A stretch of 64,000 nucleotides of DNA from Octopus sinensis. Taxonomy: Eukaryota. Position numbers and translations under genes: made by a program. This document shows, one piece after another, positions 1 through 12,600 of the stretch. The stretch lies in assembly GCF_006345805.1 (NCBI RefSeq), contig NC_042999.1, positions 112,096,001 to 112,160,000 on the forward strand. The letters run 5' to 3'. Under the pieces are notes generated by a model. The model had not been told where the DNA came from and did not search any database. It saw nothing but the letters and a program-made list of their open reading frames with translations. Within the stretch, counting starts at the first letter, position 1. Each line of letters opens with the position of its first letter.

Positions 1-100
1 TTCAGGGCCAATAAAACAAGTACCAGTTGAGCACTGGGGTCGATTTAATGGACTTAGCCCTTGCCTCAAAATTGCTGGCCTTATGTCAAAATTTGAAATC
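1..100 (+). mobile_element. SINE family A, 3' half (tail type i) followed by (ATT)n
   Basis: Core ataaaacaagtaccagttgagcactggggtcgat and tail aaattgctggccttatgtcaaaatttgaaatc match other copies at 21927, 25353 and 47126. Confidence 0.85.
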
Positions 101-120
101 ATTATTATTATTAATATTAA

Positions 121-170
<50 letters not shown>
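101..170. repeat. (ATT)n microsatellite, SINE tail
   Basis: Direct reading of near-perfect ATT repeats. Confidence 0.95.
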
Positions 171-171
<1 letters not shown>

Positions 172-395
172 GGTGATGAGCTCACAGAATTGCTAACACA
201 CCAGGTGAAATGCTTAACAGTATTTCGTCTATCGCTATGTTCTATGTTAAAATTCCACTGAGGTCAATTTTGCCTTTCATCCTTTCGTGGTCACTAAATT
301 GAGTACCAGTTGAGTAATGGGGGTCAATGTAATCAGCTATCATCCTCCCCAAAATTTCAGGGCCAAATTTCAGGCTTATAGTAGAAAGGATTATC
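170..395 (+). mobile_element. SINE family A, full length (tail type ii)
   Basis: Head aaggtgatgagctcacagaattgctaac, B-box-like gttaaaattcc, core ttcatcctttcgtggtcactaaattgagtacc, tail tatagtagaaaggattat. Confidence 0.85.
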
Positions 396-1216
396 ATTAT
401 AATTATTATTATTGTTATCATCATCATCATCATCAAAATTTATTATTACTTTGTTCTTTTTCTAAAATCTGGTTTGGAAAAACAGCAAAATCAAATTATA
501 ACTTTTTAGATATTTCAACATCTAATAGAAATAGACTTAGGGGTTTTTTTTTAAAGAAAATATACCTCCTAAGAAAATAACTCAATAACAAATAAATAAA
601 ATCTTGTCACAATATATCTGCAAATATTTCACTGCGATGCTTATGTATTAAGCTTCAGTGAACATACCAGAGCGCAATAGTCAGTTCTTAACATTGACTT
701 GATGAAGGAATGAAATGGTTTTGAAAAGGGTTTTTTTTTTTTCTTTACACCTCCTCCCAGCTCTCAGAATTTTTATCACTATAAGATAAAAAAAATAACA
801 TTAGGTCTTGTGTTAGATATATATAACACTAAAATATAACTAGATATCACTAATGTAAATTTATGGCTTTTTTTTTCTTCATAAACAATAAAGGAAAACG
901 TGATATTATACTTTAAAAGGAGCTTAATATGCAATATACACCTACTTATATGTGTATGTATGCTTGCATACATATTGATGTATGCGTATGTGTGCGTATG
1001 CATGTGTATTTGTGTGTGTGTGTGTGCTTATATTAGTGATCACCATCAATTTTCTGCTCTGTTGGTTTCATTTATATCTCTTTTATACATGTATTGTGTA
1101 AAACAGCAAAAATTTAAATAAAATGAAAGCCAAGTAGGAATGAAAGAAAAAGAAATTGATAAAATTAATTATTTTCATTCAATTTCAATAATTCCACACA
1201 TAATGAGGGAGAGAAT

Positions 1217-1277
1217 ATATATATGTATATGTATATATTTATGTATGTATGTATATATGTATATATATACATATATA

Positions 1278-1333
<56 letters not shown>

Positions 1334-1520
1334 TATATGTATATGCATGAATATATATGTTCATATCTAAATACATATATAGAAATATATATGTATATAT
1401 ATATATCACACACACACATATATGTACATACATAAATATATACATATGTATCTATACATATATACATACATAAATATACATATATATATATGTATATACA
1501 TATGTGTGAGTGTGTGCGTG
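1217..1520. repeat. Compound (TA)/(TATG)/(CA) microsatellite
   Basis: Direct reading. Confidence 0.95.
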
Positions 1521-1877
1521 TGATTGTTATATCTTGCATTGGGTGTTTAATTTTAATGCTAAGCCATTGCCACCATATTGATCTTTTAGTGTAGTTGTGT
1601 CATGATGATAAATAACTTTGCACCATTAATCTTAGTTAAAAGAGAAGATAAAATATACATTAACATTAACATCATCATTATCATCATTATCACCATCAGT
1701 ATCATTATCACCATAATTGAAGAAAAGACATTTAAAAAAACATACTAAAAATGCGATATTTCTTCAATCCTTCTAACAAGACTGAATGTTTACAACTCTA
1801 TGTTTACCTATGTATTTATCTATATGGAAATGTCTATTTGTTTTATCAAATCTATATGTGTTTCTTCTATAATGGTT

Positions 1878-2280
1878 AGGCATGGCTGTGTGGTTAAGAA
1901 GCTCGTTTTGCAACCACGGTGTTTTGGGTTCAGTCTTATTTTGCACCATCTTGGGCAAATATCTCTTTTTTTATAGCTCTGGGTTGATCAATGCCCTGTG
2001 AATGAATCTGATAGATGGAAACTGTGTGGAAGCCTACTATGTGCATGTGTGCCTTTGTGTTTGTGTGTGTTTACCTTTGTGTGTGTGTGTATGTGTGTGA
2101 CATTGTATTTGTGTATGTGTGCCTTTGTATATGTGCTTGCCCTCCACTCCACCACCACCTGACAACAGGTGGTGATTTATTTATGGTTTGTTACCCTTCA
2201 AGACAGTACCTCAGCATGATCTCAGTACAATGGTCTCAGTTCAATGACCAAAACAAGTAAATGGTAAAAAAATAGAAAAA
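1878..2280 (+). mobile_element. SINE family B with internal (TG)n
   Basis: Head ggcatggctgtgtggttaagaagc and 3' end cagcatgatctcagt...aaacaagtaa; homologous to 17921 and 54603. Confidence 0.8.
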
Positions 2281-2289
2281 AAAGCTTTG

Positions 2290-2540
2290 TCTATGACACT
2301 TCATGAAGCCTCCAAGACTATTGGAGGAAGGGTGATAGGTGTCTTCCAGTCAGTGATTTGGACCAAATGCTTGCAACATGGTGGACTCTACTACATGCAG
2401 ATACCCAAACTGCAAAATGTTGTATTAAAACTGGGCGACAGATTCAGTCTACCATCCAACCTGGCCACTGTAGGATATGAACTCAAGAATCCACAAAGCC
2501 AAAACAAATATGGCAAGGCATTGTTTTTGATGTTCTAATG
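2290..2540 (+). repeat. Unclassified interspersed repeat, related to 29410-29620
   Basis: Shared stretch ttggaccaaatgcttgcaaca...gactctac...aaactgggc...ttcagt at both sites. Confidence 0.5.
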
Positions 2541-2554
2541 ACTCCACCAGTACA

Positions 2555-2700
2555 TCCTTGTACACTGGTATTTTATTTATCAACCCTGGAAAAATAAAAG
2601 GCAAAGTTCACCTTGATGAGATTTGAACTCAGAAAGCCAGAATAAACATCACAAAAATTTTTTCTCTAACACCCTAATATCTCTACTAAATCACTATCCT
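2555..2700 (-). mobile_element. SINE family A, decayed
   Basis: Reverse core actggtattttatttatcaacc...aaaggcaaagttcacc...atttgaactcagaa. Confidence 0.7.
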
Positions 2701-2714
2701 GAATGTTGTTGTGT

Positions 2715-2970
2715 TTGCTCCTGATTTACTTTAATTGAACAGTACCCTGATCAAAAACTTTTCATATATGACCATCCCATTTGTTTTTATACCTAGAACT
2801 TCATTATCCAATATGCATTTTAAGAAGATTTGATTACTATTTGTAGCAATTTCAGCAACCACACAGAGACTCACTTCTTAGCTGAATGTTATTATTGTTT
2901 AACTTCTGGTCAGCCCTAGTTGAACAGGCTTACTATTTTTAAAGGCATTCCAGTCTTGACCATCACATCT
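2715..2970. repeat. Interspersed repeat family G (two partial copies)
   Basis: Motif tgatcaaa..cattcca...atgaccatccc recurs near 31385, 55315 and 58320. Confidence 0.6.
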
Positions 2971-3179
2971 TTCTGTATAACTTCGTTACACAATGTGAAA
3001 TTTATGAAAGATTTGGTTACTATTACTAGACAATTGAATGACCACACCAAAACTCACTTGTTGATTGATATAGATTCAAAAACTAATGAATTAATGTTTT
3101 TACACTTAATTAAAACATATGGCATAATTAACAGTTTTTAAGTATGATAGAAGAGAAGAAGGCTCTTAATACTGGTGAG

Positions 3180-3955
3180 AGAGTGGTAATTAAATTGACT
3201 CAAATATATGACTGGTACTAATTTTCTCAACTTTAAAAGGGAAAAAAAAGTAAAGTATATCTTGACAGTATTTGAACTCAGGACATGCAATGACATAGAA
3301 AACTACTAACTGTATTGGTGCATTCTAACTCACTACAACACCTCACAGTATATCTGTCAACCATCGTTCTATTCCAATTGACTTTATTCCACTTTTTTAT
3401 ATGTCATCATGCAACCAATGGACAATATATGTGGTATACGTCCGTGCTGTTGCACAATAACAAAAAATGTTTCACTTAAAAGGACAAAAGATAAAAAGTT
3501 GTGCTGGCAGTGTTTGAATTCATACAAAAACCACCAACCCTAGTATATTTTTTTCTATTGATTAATCTGAAAGAAAAGCAAAGCTCAATTCCAAGCTTCT
3601 GAGATTAGTGAGAGGAAAGTATGTATTTGTTCTCATGCTCTAAAAATTCTGTCAGTCCACTTCTTTAGACTGGAATTTTTATTGACCTTCAGTGATGGAA
3701 AGTAAAGTTGAACTTGGTAAGAATTGAACTCATAATGCAAGGAATAAGTAAAGCAAAGTATTTTGGACAATGCTCTAGTGACTACACTCATTCACTACCT
3801 ACAAATTATTTACTTGCTTCTGCCATTCATCTTCTCACAAACTATCCACATCACCTATCATTGGTTCCTCTGTCTCACAATCACTTCCACTTAGTCAACC
3901 ATCACTCTATTCCAGTTGACTTTATTCCACTTTTTTTATTTGCCATCATACAAAA
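3180..3955 (-). repeat. Two decayed SINE A copies with duplicated flank (old tandem duplication, approx. 540-bp period)
   Basis: caaccatc..tctattcca.ttgactttattccacttttt at approx. 3358 and 3896, each following a reverse SINE A relic. Confidence 0.6.
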
Positions 3956-4072
3956 CAGCTCTATAACAGTGAAAGCATATTTGTAGGTTGAGGCAGGTTT
4001 AAATCACTTTCCTTTGAAAGTGGAATAACTGAAAACTTTCTTTCCTCTATAGATCTCATTACAGAAGTTCAA

Positions 4073-4295
4073 CAGGCGTGGCTGAGTGGTAAGAAGCTTG
4101 CTTCCAAACCACATGGTTCTATGTTCAATCCCACTGTGTGGCACCTTAGGCAAGTGTCTTCTACTATAGCCTCAGGCCAACCAAATCCTTGTGAATGGAT
4201 TTGGTTGATGGAAACTGAAAAGAAGCTTGTCGTATATATGTGTGTATGTGGATGTGCGTGTGTGTATATGTGTGTGTCTTTGCAACTGTCTCTGC
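4073..4295 (+). mobile_element. SINE family B, 5' part
   Basis: aggcgtggctgagtggtaagaagcttgcttcc...ggaaactgaaaagaagcttgtcgtatat. Confidence 0.85.
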
Positions 4296-5684
4296 CTCCC
4301 CACCATCACACACACACTAACAGGCACACTCAGCACACAACACACACACACACACATGCACAAATACTTCATGTTCATCCAACAGAGTAATGAGGAGCAT
4401 CTAGCTATCCATAAGGATGAGTGATGATTGCATGGTGACTTTATTTAAAGTGAAAAATTATTGAACCTGTTCCACTGCACTCTCTCATCAATGACCATCT
4501 TCAATCCAGTGGCAGGACCAGATTAGGATGATTGGAGATGGAGATAGATGCAGTGGATGACTAAGATATCTTACTTGTCCTGTCTTGCTTTCTACACTCC
4601 ACAATGTGCTGCTGTAAGCATCTTCTCATCCATCGACCCATAAAGGTTTCTTCCACAGAATCTGCTAGTCCAGTCTTCACATGCATAAGTAGGTAAACCC
4701 ATACACACACATACATACACGCATGCACAAATATATATACATACACACATAAGTGTGAAGGACAAACCACATACCCATCAAGAAGGCCTGTGATGATAAA
4801 AGAGGAGTGTATACAAAACCCTTTGTTTAATAAAATAAAGACGAAGCATTTTAAACATGTCCAATACTAGCATGGTAAAGAAAAATATATGGATGTAAAT
4901 TATTTTGTCTTCTTGTTAATAAAAAGGTGAAAGGGAAAAAAATCACTTTTTTTAATGATGGTCCTCATTTTGTGGACCACTGCATTATATATCTTTCTCA
5001 GTGTATATATTTGCATGTGGCTGTGTACATATTTGTTAATATACATATATTATGTATCATATTATTTAGTATGTATGATATATTGTCAGATGTATGAACT
5101 TGTTCCATATAACTCATACATTTTTTTCAATTACAGCCATTTTATCTAATGTCTCTATTTCTTTTGTAGGATTATATTCCCTCTTAAGTTTCAGATTTAA
5201 TGACAACCATCTGCATATGGTTAATTGAACAAAGTAGATATTAATATACAACCTCCATAGCTTTGCTTAAGTGCTTCTCAAAAAAAATTAAATGTATATC
5301 ACACCTTTTTTAATGTATGTATATGTACATATAGTAGCTGAAGATAAAGACAAGCATTTATCTCATACATATTTATATACACACACATACATATGCATAT
5401 GTGTGTGATTTTAAATTATCTCTTTACATTAAAATGGAATCCAGGGAAACAAAACCATGTATATCAATGGAATTTTATTGAAATTAAAACCTCATTCTTT
5501 CCAGAATGTTTGATTTTGCATATCTTAAATCTGATTACAAGAGCAAATAAAGAATTAACATCTACTTTCAACTGATAGAAATGTAATTTCCTTTTTATTC
5601 ATCCTTTTAACATATACTGTACCTACAAGTATCGGATGTCCTCTCATAATTTTAGAAAGTCATAATCATCATCATCATCACCAT

Positions 5685-5965
5685 CACCACCATCATCATC
5701 ATCACCATCATCATTTAACATCCATTGTCCATGCTGGCATGTGTTGGATGGTTTGACCAGAGCTGCTGGTGAGTTGCACCAGATTCCAGCCTGATTTAGC
5801 ATGGATTCTACAGCTAGATGCCCTTCCTAATGCCAACCCCTTTACAAAGTGTACTGGATGCTTTTATGTGGCACCACCTCAAGCACTTTTATATGACACT
5901 GCCCAGGCACTTTTACACGACACCACATAGGCACTTTAATGTGACACCGCCACTACCAGAGGGAC
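5685..5965 (-). mobile_element. SINE family C with RTE-type (GAT)n tail and internal approx. 28-bp repeats
   Basis: catcatcatttaacatccattgtccatgctggcatg...gcccttcctaatgccaacc; ggcactttt...gacacc units repeated. Confidence 0.8.
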
Positions 5966-5974
5966 CAGTCTTAA

Positions 5975-6225
5975 CACTTCTGCTGCAAAGTATGGGTCTT
6001 CTTGGGTACAGCAAGGTGCCAGGAATCTTAGTCATTTGTCATCTCCCCTGAAAGTTTTAGTGTCCTAAGATGGTTCTTCAGTACTTCATCCCATGTCATC
6101 CTGGGTCTCCCACTTTCATATGTTCCATCAACTTTGAGAGATCAGCACTTCTTTATGGACCTGTCAGCATCCATCTGCATCACCTGACCAAACCAGCACA
6201 GTCTTTGCTCATGCACACAGCAACT
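5975..6225 (-). mobile_element. RTE-clade LINE ORF C-terminal relic
   Basis: Reverse translation resembles EQRLCWFGQVMQMD...GRPRMTWDEVLK (RTE C-terminus); stops present. Confidence 0.8.
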
Positions 6226-6264
6226 AAGTCCTGAACAACTTGTAAAGTATGAGGGCTAAGTATG

Positions 6265-6400
6265 ATACTGGTTTCAAACTTTGGCACAAAGCCAGCAATT
6301 TCGGGGGTTGGGTCTAAATTGATTATGACAGCCTCAGTGCTCATCTGGAGCTTATTTTATTGAGCCTGAAAGGATGAAAATTAAAATGACTGTGAGTGGG
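6265..6400 (-). mobile_element. SINE family A, 3' half (tail type i)
   Basis: tttcaaactttggcacaaagccagcaattt...ttattttattgagcctgaaaggatgaaa. Confidence 0.8.
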
Positions 6401-7057
6401 CATATTGAGTCTAATAGAGCACTAGGTAAACATGGAAAAACTACCTTGAAAATTCTTTTCATTAAGTCATAAATTGTAATTCAATGAATTTCATATGTCT
6501 TTAAAACCGGTTGAAAACCCAAACTTTGCATTACAAATATTGCTGTCATTCTCATACCAAAAGGCAATCCATCCATTTATTTGATATTACAAAGAAAATC
6601 AGAAACACAAACATAAAGATTTCCTTGTCAATGATTCATGAATCACAACTGATTTCCATAAGTACCACATTAAAATAATATTGATCTAGCTGAGAATATT
6701 TAAGGAAGGACGTCTCCTGATATGGAATTTCTCTGTTGATTTTAACAAGTACACTAGTCAGCTAATGATCTTAATCTGATAGTAATTGCATCCAAATTCC
6801 CCAAAATTCTATTTTATATTCTTAAAAAAAAATATTAGTTATCACAAGTATGTCATTTCTTGTGAAGGTACCATGGAAAAAGTAACCAGTACACTATATA
6901 ATGTGGTTGGCATTAGTAGGGGCATCCACTCATAGAAATATTTTTTTTTAAATATGAAAAAGGGAGAAAAACATTTTATTTCTCCCATGAAGTATGGGGA
7001 GTTGCAGGACAGCTAGTTGGTGTCTTCAAAAGTGCCTAACTTCAAAGATGATGCACG

Positions 7058-7245
7058 CATGCACACACGCACACACACACACACACACACGCACGCATAC
7101 ATCCACACACACATGCATATCCACACATACACACATACACACATCCACACACACACACACATATCCACACATACACACATGCACACATCCACACACACAC
7201 ACACATGCACATCCACACACACATGCTCACACATCCACACACAAC
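7058..7245. repeat. Degenerate (CA)n microsatellite
   Basis: Direct reading. Confidence 0.95.
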
Positions 7246-7945
7246 AAGGAGCACTACCAGTTCAAAATAAACTCTACAGGCATGAAAGCACTATCAAGCA
7301 GGACTATCTGAGATGCCTGCTGAATGATGAAACTGTCCTACATACAGTGGTACAGTGTTTGAGTATTGCTGACCTGTGGAGTTATGTCAAATAACTGTTG
7401 TAGCATGTGATGTGATCCATCATGAGGATTGCTTCACCATCCACTTTTAACAAAGTAGGGCAAGCAGTGTTTCTCTGTTTAGTGGCAATGGTGAAAAACG
7501 TTGTGTGGTGGACAAGACTGAAAGGATAAATGACAGATACCTTCTTCTTCAGTCCAGTCTTCATTGACTATTTAAGTTCTACTTGGAAAGGAAAGTGAAG
7601 GTGGAGAGAGAAGTGCTATTTCCCTACGAATTTGTGAAAACATGGATGACTATGATAAAAATGGTTAGAGTGAATGGCCCTCTAAATAGACACCTGTAGA
7701 TTGGAGAGCATGAAAGAGGACTTGTGTCTTTGGTGGTCAGGGCAATCCTGGATCTGTGGAGTTCCTTGATTGGCCCTAGCTGAAGTTTCTTCTGTATCAG
7801 GAACTGCATCATTCATTTTATCACTTGCCTTGTATATCATGTAAACTCTTACCATCTTTTCCATTTCTTTTTCCCCACATAAATTATTGTCTGTTCTTGT
7901 GATGTCACCCTCATTTACGCCCTTGTGGTTAATAAAAGAAGTTAT
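7245..7945 (+). mobile_element. L1/Tx1-type LINE 3' fragment (C-terminal zinc-finger region plus 3' UTR)
   Basis: GALPVQNKLYRH...RCLLNDETVLHTVVQCLSIADLWSYV, then VVWWTRLKG and KVKVEREVL-like segments; ends cccttgtggttaataaaagaagttatt. Confidence 0.7.
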
Positions 7946-7989
7946 TATAATTGAATGGGAGAGCAGTGCATGCCATCAAAGTGACACTG

Positions 7990-8410
7990 AGATACAAATA
8001 TACAAAGTCCAATATACCCATCATGACTACCTGTCTGATAAGGGTATACCAAGCACATACATCACTACCACATGTGTACAACATGGTGACCTTGTATCAA
8101 GATAAACAACACTTGACCTAGCAGGTGGGGTCCAGTTAGAATTTTCTTCAGGTCGAGTAGCCCATCCTGCTAAAAAGGTCCTTGAATAAGGTTTGTCTAA
8201 GGATGATGGATGAAACATCCATGTTTCCAGAGGTGAATTATTCAAACCCCAAAGAATTCCTCTCAACACATGGCTATGATGCTCCCCCACTACTTCTGCT
8301 CATGATCAGAGATGCACATATCATCAGCCATCAAGGGATATGCTCAACTGGTTATGGTCAAGCAACCACCAAGTAAATCTGTGGCGCTGAGCAGAATATT
8401 TGTTGTGATG
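7990..8410. repeat. Unclassified GC-richer element, probably interspersed repeat
   Basis: Compositional contrast and (ATT)n tail at 8415-8505; no protein motif recognised. Confidence 0.35.
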
Positions 8411-8425
8411 CATCTATTATTATTA

Positions 8426-8439
<14 letters not shown>

Positions 8440-8465
<26 letters not shown>

Positions 8466-8472
8466 CATTATT

Positions 8473-8504
<32 letters not shown>

Positions 8505-8905
8505 ATAATTGTTTAATATTTGATAGTTTGAGGCAAATTTCTACTGCATCACCTGCTACACTTCCATGTTACTAGGGTATGTACTGAATTGTGTGTTTTT
8601 TTTTCTTGAGGTGTGGTGCAGTCTTTTGTTGTATTACTGCTTGTATTATGTGTTGAGTGTGTAATGTATTGGTTACTAAGATTTCTGGTGGAAGTTTATT
8701 TCACTGGATAATTGCTGTACAGAGTGTGTCTTGTCTTAGTGGGTTGTTTTGTTTAGGTTGTATTATTGAATTGATAGTGTCATGCATAGGATGTGGACTG
8801 TTCCTAACAGGGCTAATTTTGGGATAGTGTGTTATGTTTAAGATTCAGGTACAGCTTCTACATTTTTGGTCATGTGTTTTTTTTATCATGCCCAATGCTC
8901 TAATT
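8440..8905 (-). mobile_element. RLE-type (R4/Dong-like) LINE C-terminus and 3' UTR with (TAA)n tail
   Basis: Reverse reads IGALGMIKK-like ... PKLALLGTVHIL..TLSIQ* then UTR ending in taataataa. Confidence 0.65.
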
Positions 8906-9115
8906 ATTATTATCATCCTGCATACATAAATGAAAGCAGGGTATTGTAATCACTTGTCTTTGTCTATATGTCTGTGTGTTTGCAAAATTACAAGAAAATG
9001 GCTGAATAGATTTTCACCAAATTTAGCAGAAATATTCATTGGGTGAGTGGCTTCAAATGACAAAAGTTTGGTTTGATTATCTTCAAACATACATTGATAT
9101 AACCATAAATATGCA

Positions 9116-9154
<39 letters not shown>

Positions 9155-9739
9155 ATGCACGCATGCATATGTGTGTGTGAGTACAGTGATGGATTTGAGG
9201 GTTTCATTTATTTACAAGTTAATTTCTAAATTTCATTGGGGTATAAATACCTATAATGGTGATACATAAAAAAAAATTTTTTTTAATCAAACTCACAAAT
9301 TTCCTGATAAGTAAGTGGTCATATTATTTGTATCCTACAATGAACTACAGTACATTTGATTCACCTGCCATCATTGAAAGACGTTGAAAAATTTTCTATA
9401 AGTACTTCATTTTGTTCACTTTCTTTTTCATAATCATGATTATTTATAATAATGATTATTATTTGAATAATCATTTATTTAGCCATATGCAAATTGTATG
9501 TTGAACTTTCCAAAACAACCTTTGATTTTCTTTGTCAACTCATATTTTAGCATTTCACTGAAAAACTATTAAAATAGAAAGTTTTTTTTTCAACACAGAT
9601 GATTCTTCAGTGAAAATTTGGATAAGTATCTTCATTTTATGTTATTTTTTTCTTAATTTTAATTCTAGACCCCCTAAAATAGCATTCAAATTTCTTTGCC
9701 AACTCGTATTTTAACGTTTTTATGAAAATAATCAGTAGA

Positions 9740-10125
9740 AATATTTATTTGCATGTAGGGTATGTGTTGCCCTTCCGATGCCCATTTTTTCATTAGTATT
9801 GTTTTCACATTCATGCCCCATATCTTGAATACTTCAATATTGAGGTCTTTGTACTTTGACAATTTCTCCACTTTTTTTGAGGACAATATTTTGATCAGAA
9901 GGGACTACAATGTCTATCAGTAAGCAAGTGGTTTTTTCCCAATCCTTGATTATTATGTCTGAGTGATAAGCTTTTATTCCTTTCTCAGTTTAAACCAACA
10001 TATCCCACATGAATATGTCTTGTACCTTGTTTGGCACATGTTTATACCACCTATTGTCCGTTTTAATGTTGAAATATTGGCATATTGCCTAGTCGATATA
10101 ACTGCTTACTTGATCATCTCTGTAC
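9740..10125 (-). mobile_element. RLE-type (R4/Dong-like) LINE endonuclease-region relic
   Basis: Reverse reads HDQVSSY...ICQYFNIKTDNRWYKHVP...WDM...DIIIKDWEKTTCLLIDIVVPSDQN...EKLSKYKDLNIEVFKIWGM. Confidence 0.75.
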
Positions 10126-10157
10126 ATATATTCAGATCTGGCAAGGACTGGGCAGCC

Positions 10158-10385
10158 AGAGATAGCAAGCTGGCAGAGTTGTTAGCATGCAAGGCAAAAT
10201 GGTTTGCAGTATTTTGTTTGTCACTATGTTCAGAGTTCAAATTCCACCAAAGTCAACTTTACCTTTCATCCTTTCAGGCTTGATGAAATGAGAACCAGTT
10301 ATACAGTGGGTTTGATTTAATTGACTAGCCCCTTCCCCAAAAATTTCAGGCCTTGTTCCTATAGTAGAAAGGATTATTATTATTA
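10158..10385 (+). mobile_element. SINE family A, full length (tail type ii)
   Basis: gcaagctggcagagttgttagcatg...gagttcaaattcc...aaaatttcaggccttgttcctatagtagaaaggattatt. Confidence 0.85.
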
Positions 10386-11467
10386 CATAGACTGATAACA
10401 AATTCTTACTCTTGTCAGAAATGAAGCAGTATCACAGTATTTGAAGAATAAAGAAGATTCAAAACTGGAATTTCAGGAAAGGAATGCATTTCTCTCTTGT
10501 ATCATTATTGTTGTTGTTGTTTTCTATTAATTTTTTCCAGCTAAAATAATAATAATAATAATAATAATCCAAATCTGCTAATAGAATAAAATCCAATAAT
10601 AGGTGAAGAAGTTTCCAGTAATTTCAACAACTGCAACAGCAACAAAACCTAAATAAAAGTGTTAAGAAGAAAAAAAATTGTTAATTTGCCAAATCAATAA
10701 ATTTACCTAATTTCAAACGATTTGATCCAAAGATTGGCCATATGTAGCAAAGAAGCTGTAACTCTGATTGTATCATATGATTGTAAACATTACATTTTGG
10801 AATCAGAAAAATTAATCAAGTTTAGCTAAGGTAATTAAGGGGGATCTATAAAATGGAACTTGTGTATTTTGGCAATTAATTTCCTACAATATTTTGGACT
10901 TGTGAATGTTATTGAATGTCAGAGAGAGAAGAAGGTGTTAGCCATTTAGTGATTTTGTGAAGAGTAAACAGGAAACTGAGAACAAAGTTGTATTCAATAT
11001 AAAGTCAATAAGGAGTAATTTAATTTTTCTATCAAATTGATACTGAGTTCCACTTCCATGATTCTGGAAAACTGTTAAAAGAAATATTTGCAGCAAAGAA
11101 TAAGTTAAAACGTTAAGCAGAAAGTGTGAAAGTAAACTTGCTGTTGACAGCTCACATAAATACATACATACTGATAAGTGAGACTATGTGAAAAATTTGG
11201 CTGCTAGAAAAAGTAGTGAGTGCTCCCTCAAATCATGTTCTATGGTTATCTGAAAGGAATTGGCAGATTCATTAGATAATGTGCCCAGAAAGAAAACATG
11301 ATATTCATAGCCAGACTGCCAATTATCATAGGTTTGCTCAGTAAGAGCTGTACTGGAGCTAAACAATATCATATTCAAAAGCACAATTTTATTTTACTTT
11401 ATACCCAAATACTCATACATACAGTTTAACACATGTACACAGACACAGACACACATATACACAGGCA

Positions 11468-11772
11468 CTCAAGAGTTCCAGTTGATCCGATCAACAGAAC
11501 AGTCTGCTTGTGAAATTAATGTGCAAGTGGCTGAGCACTCCACAGACACGTGTACTCTTAATGTAGTTCTCAGGGAGATTCAGTGTAACACAGAATGTGA
11601 CAAGGCTGGCCCTTTGAATTACAGATACTGCTCATTTTTGCCAGGTGAGTAGACTGAAGCAGTGTGAAATAAAGTATCTTGCTCAAGGACAAAATGCATC
11701 ATCAGTTTTTGAACTCACAACCTTGTAATCATGAGCCAAATACCCTAAACACTAAGTCACATGCCTTCACAC
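11468..11772 (-). mobile_element. SINE family F (tRNA-derived head)
   Basis: Reverse reads gtgaaggcatgtgacttagtgtttagggtatttggctcatgat...; 3' part matches 26275 and 45183. Confidence 0.85.
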
Positions 11773-12113
11773 ACATGCACATACATTAAGGCATGTTCAA
11801 GAAGAGATATGCACACAATTATGTGCACACAGAGCCAACAATCCAGGTATCTGTACATGAGGTTATACTTCAGTATATAGAGAATATGACAGGAATAAAA
11901 CTAATTTAAAATTTATACATTGTTTTTTAGCATATCTATATACAGTTACTGAAGCAGTTTGTCATTGCAGATATATGATGTACCTAGTTAATAGGTGAAT
12001 AACTTAGCAATAAAGGAGAATTTTTGAATGAAACAGTAAAAGTAAAAAGGAAAATGTGGAAGCAGTCAGAAAAAGTTAATCAAACAAAATACAAGATACA
12101 CAAATACATAAAG

Positions 12114-12163
<50 letters not shown>

Positions 12164-12354
12164 AATTAAGCAGAAAATGCTTAATTTAAATTTGATTCCT
12201 GATAAACACTTGTTTATCTTTGTTATTGCCTACATCGTATGAGCATAATATGCTTGCATATATATGCCCAGGGTTAACATAGGTAACTTATACTGGTAGT
12301 AAATGGATATTCTTATCCCTTAGACGGTTATTCAAACAGCTAACTCTACTAACC

Positions 12355-12399
<45 letters not shown>

Positions 12400-12402
12400 A
12401 TG

Positions 12403-12462
<60 letters not shown>

Positions 12463-12487
12463 GTATGTATATGTGTGTGTATGTATA

Positions 12488-12600
12488 TGACTGGCTTCTT
12501 TCAGTCTCCATCTACTTCATTTACTCACAAGGCTGCGCTCAGTCTGCCAAGATTCCACACAGTGGGACTGAACCAAAAGCCATGTGGCCTTATTTGATTC
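12488..12600 (-). mobile_element. SINE family B, partial
   Basis: ggcttctttcagtctccatctac...cagtgggactgaacc. Confidence 0.75.
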
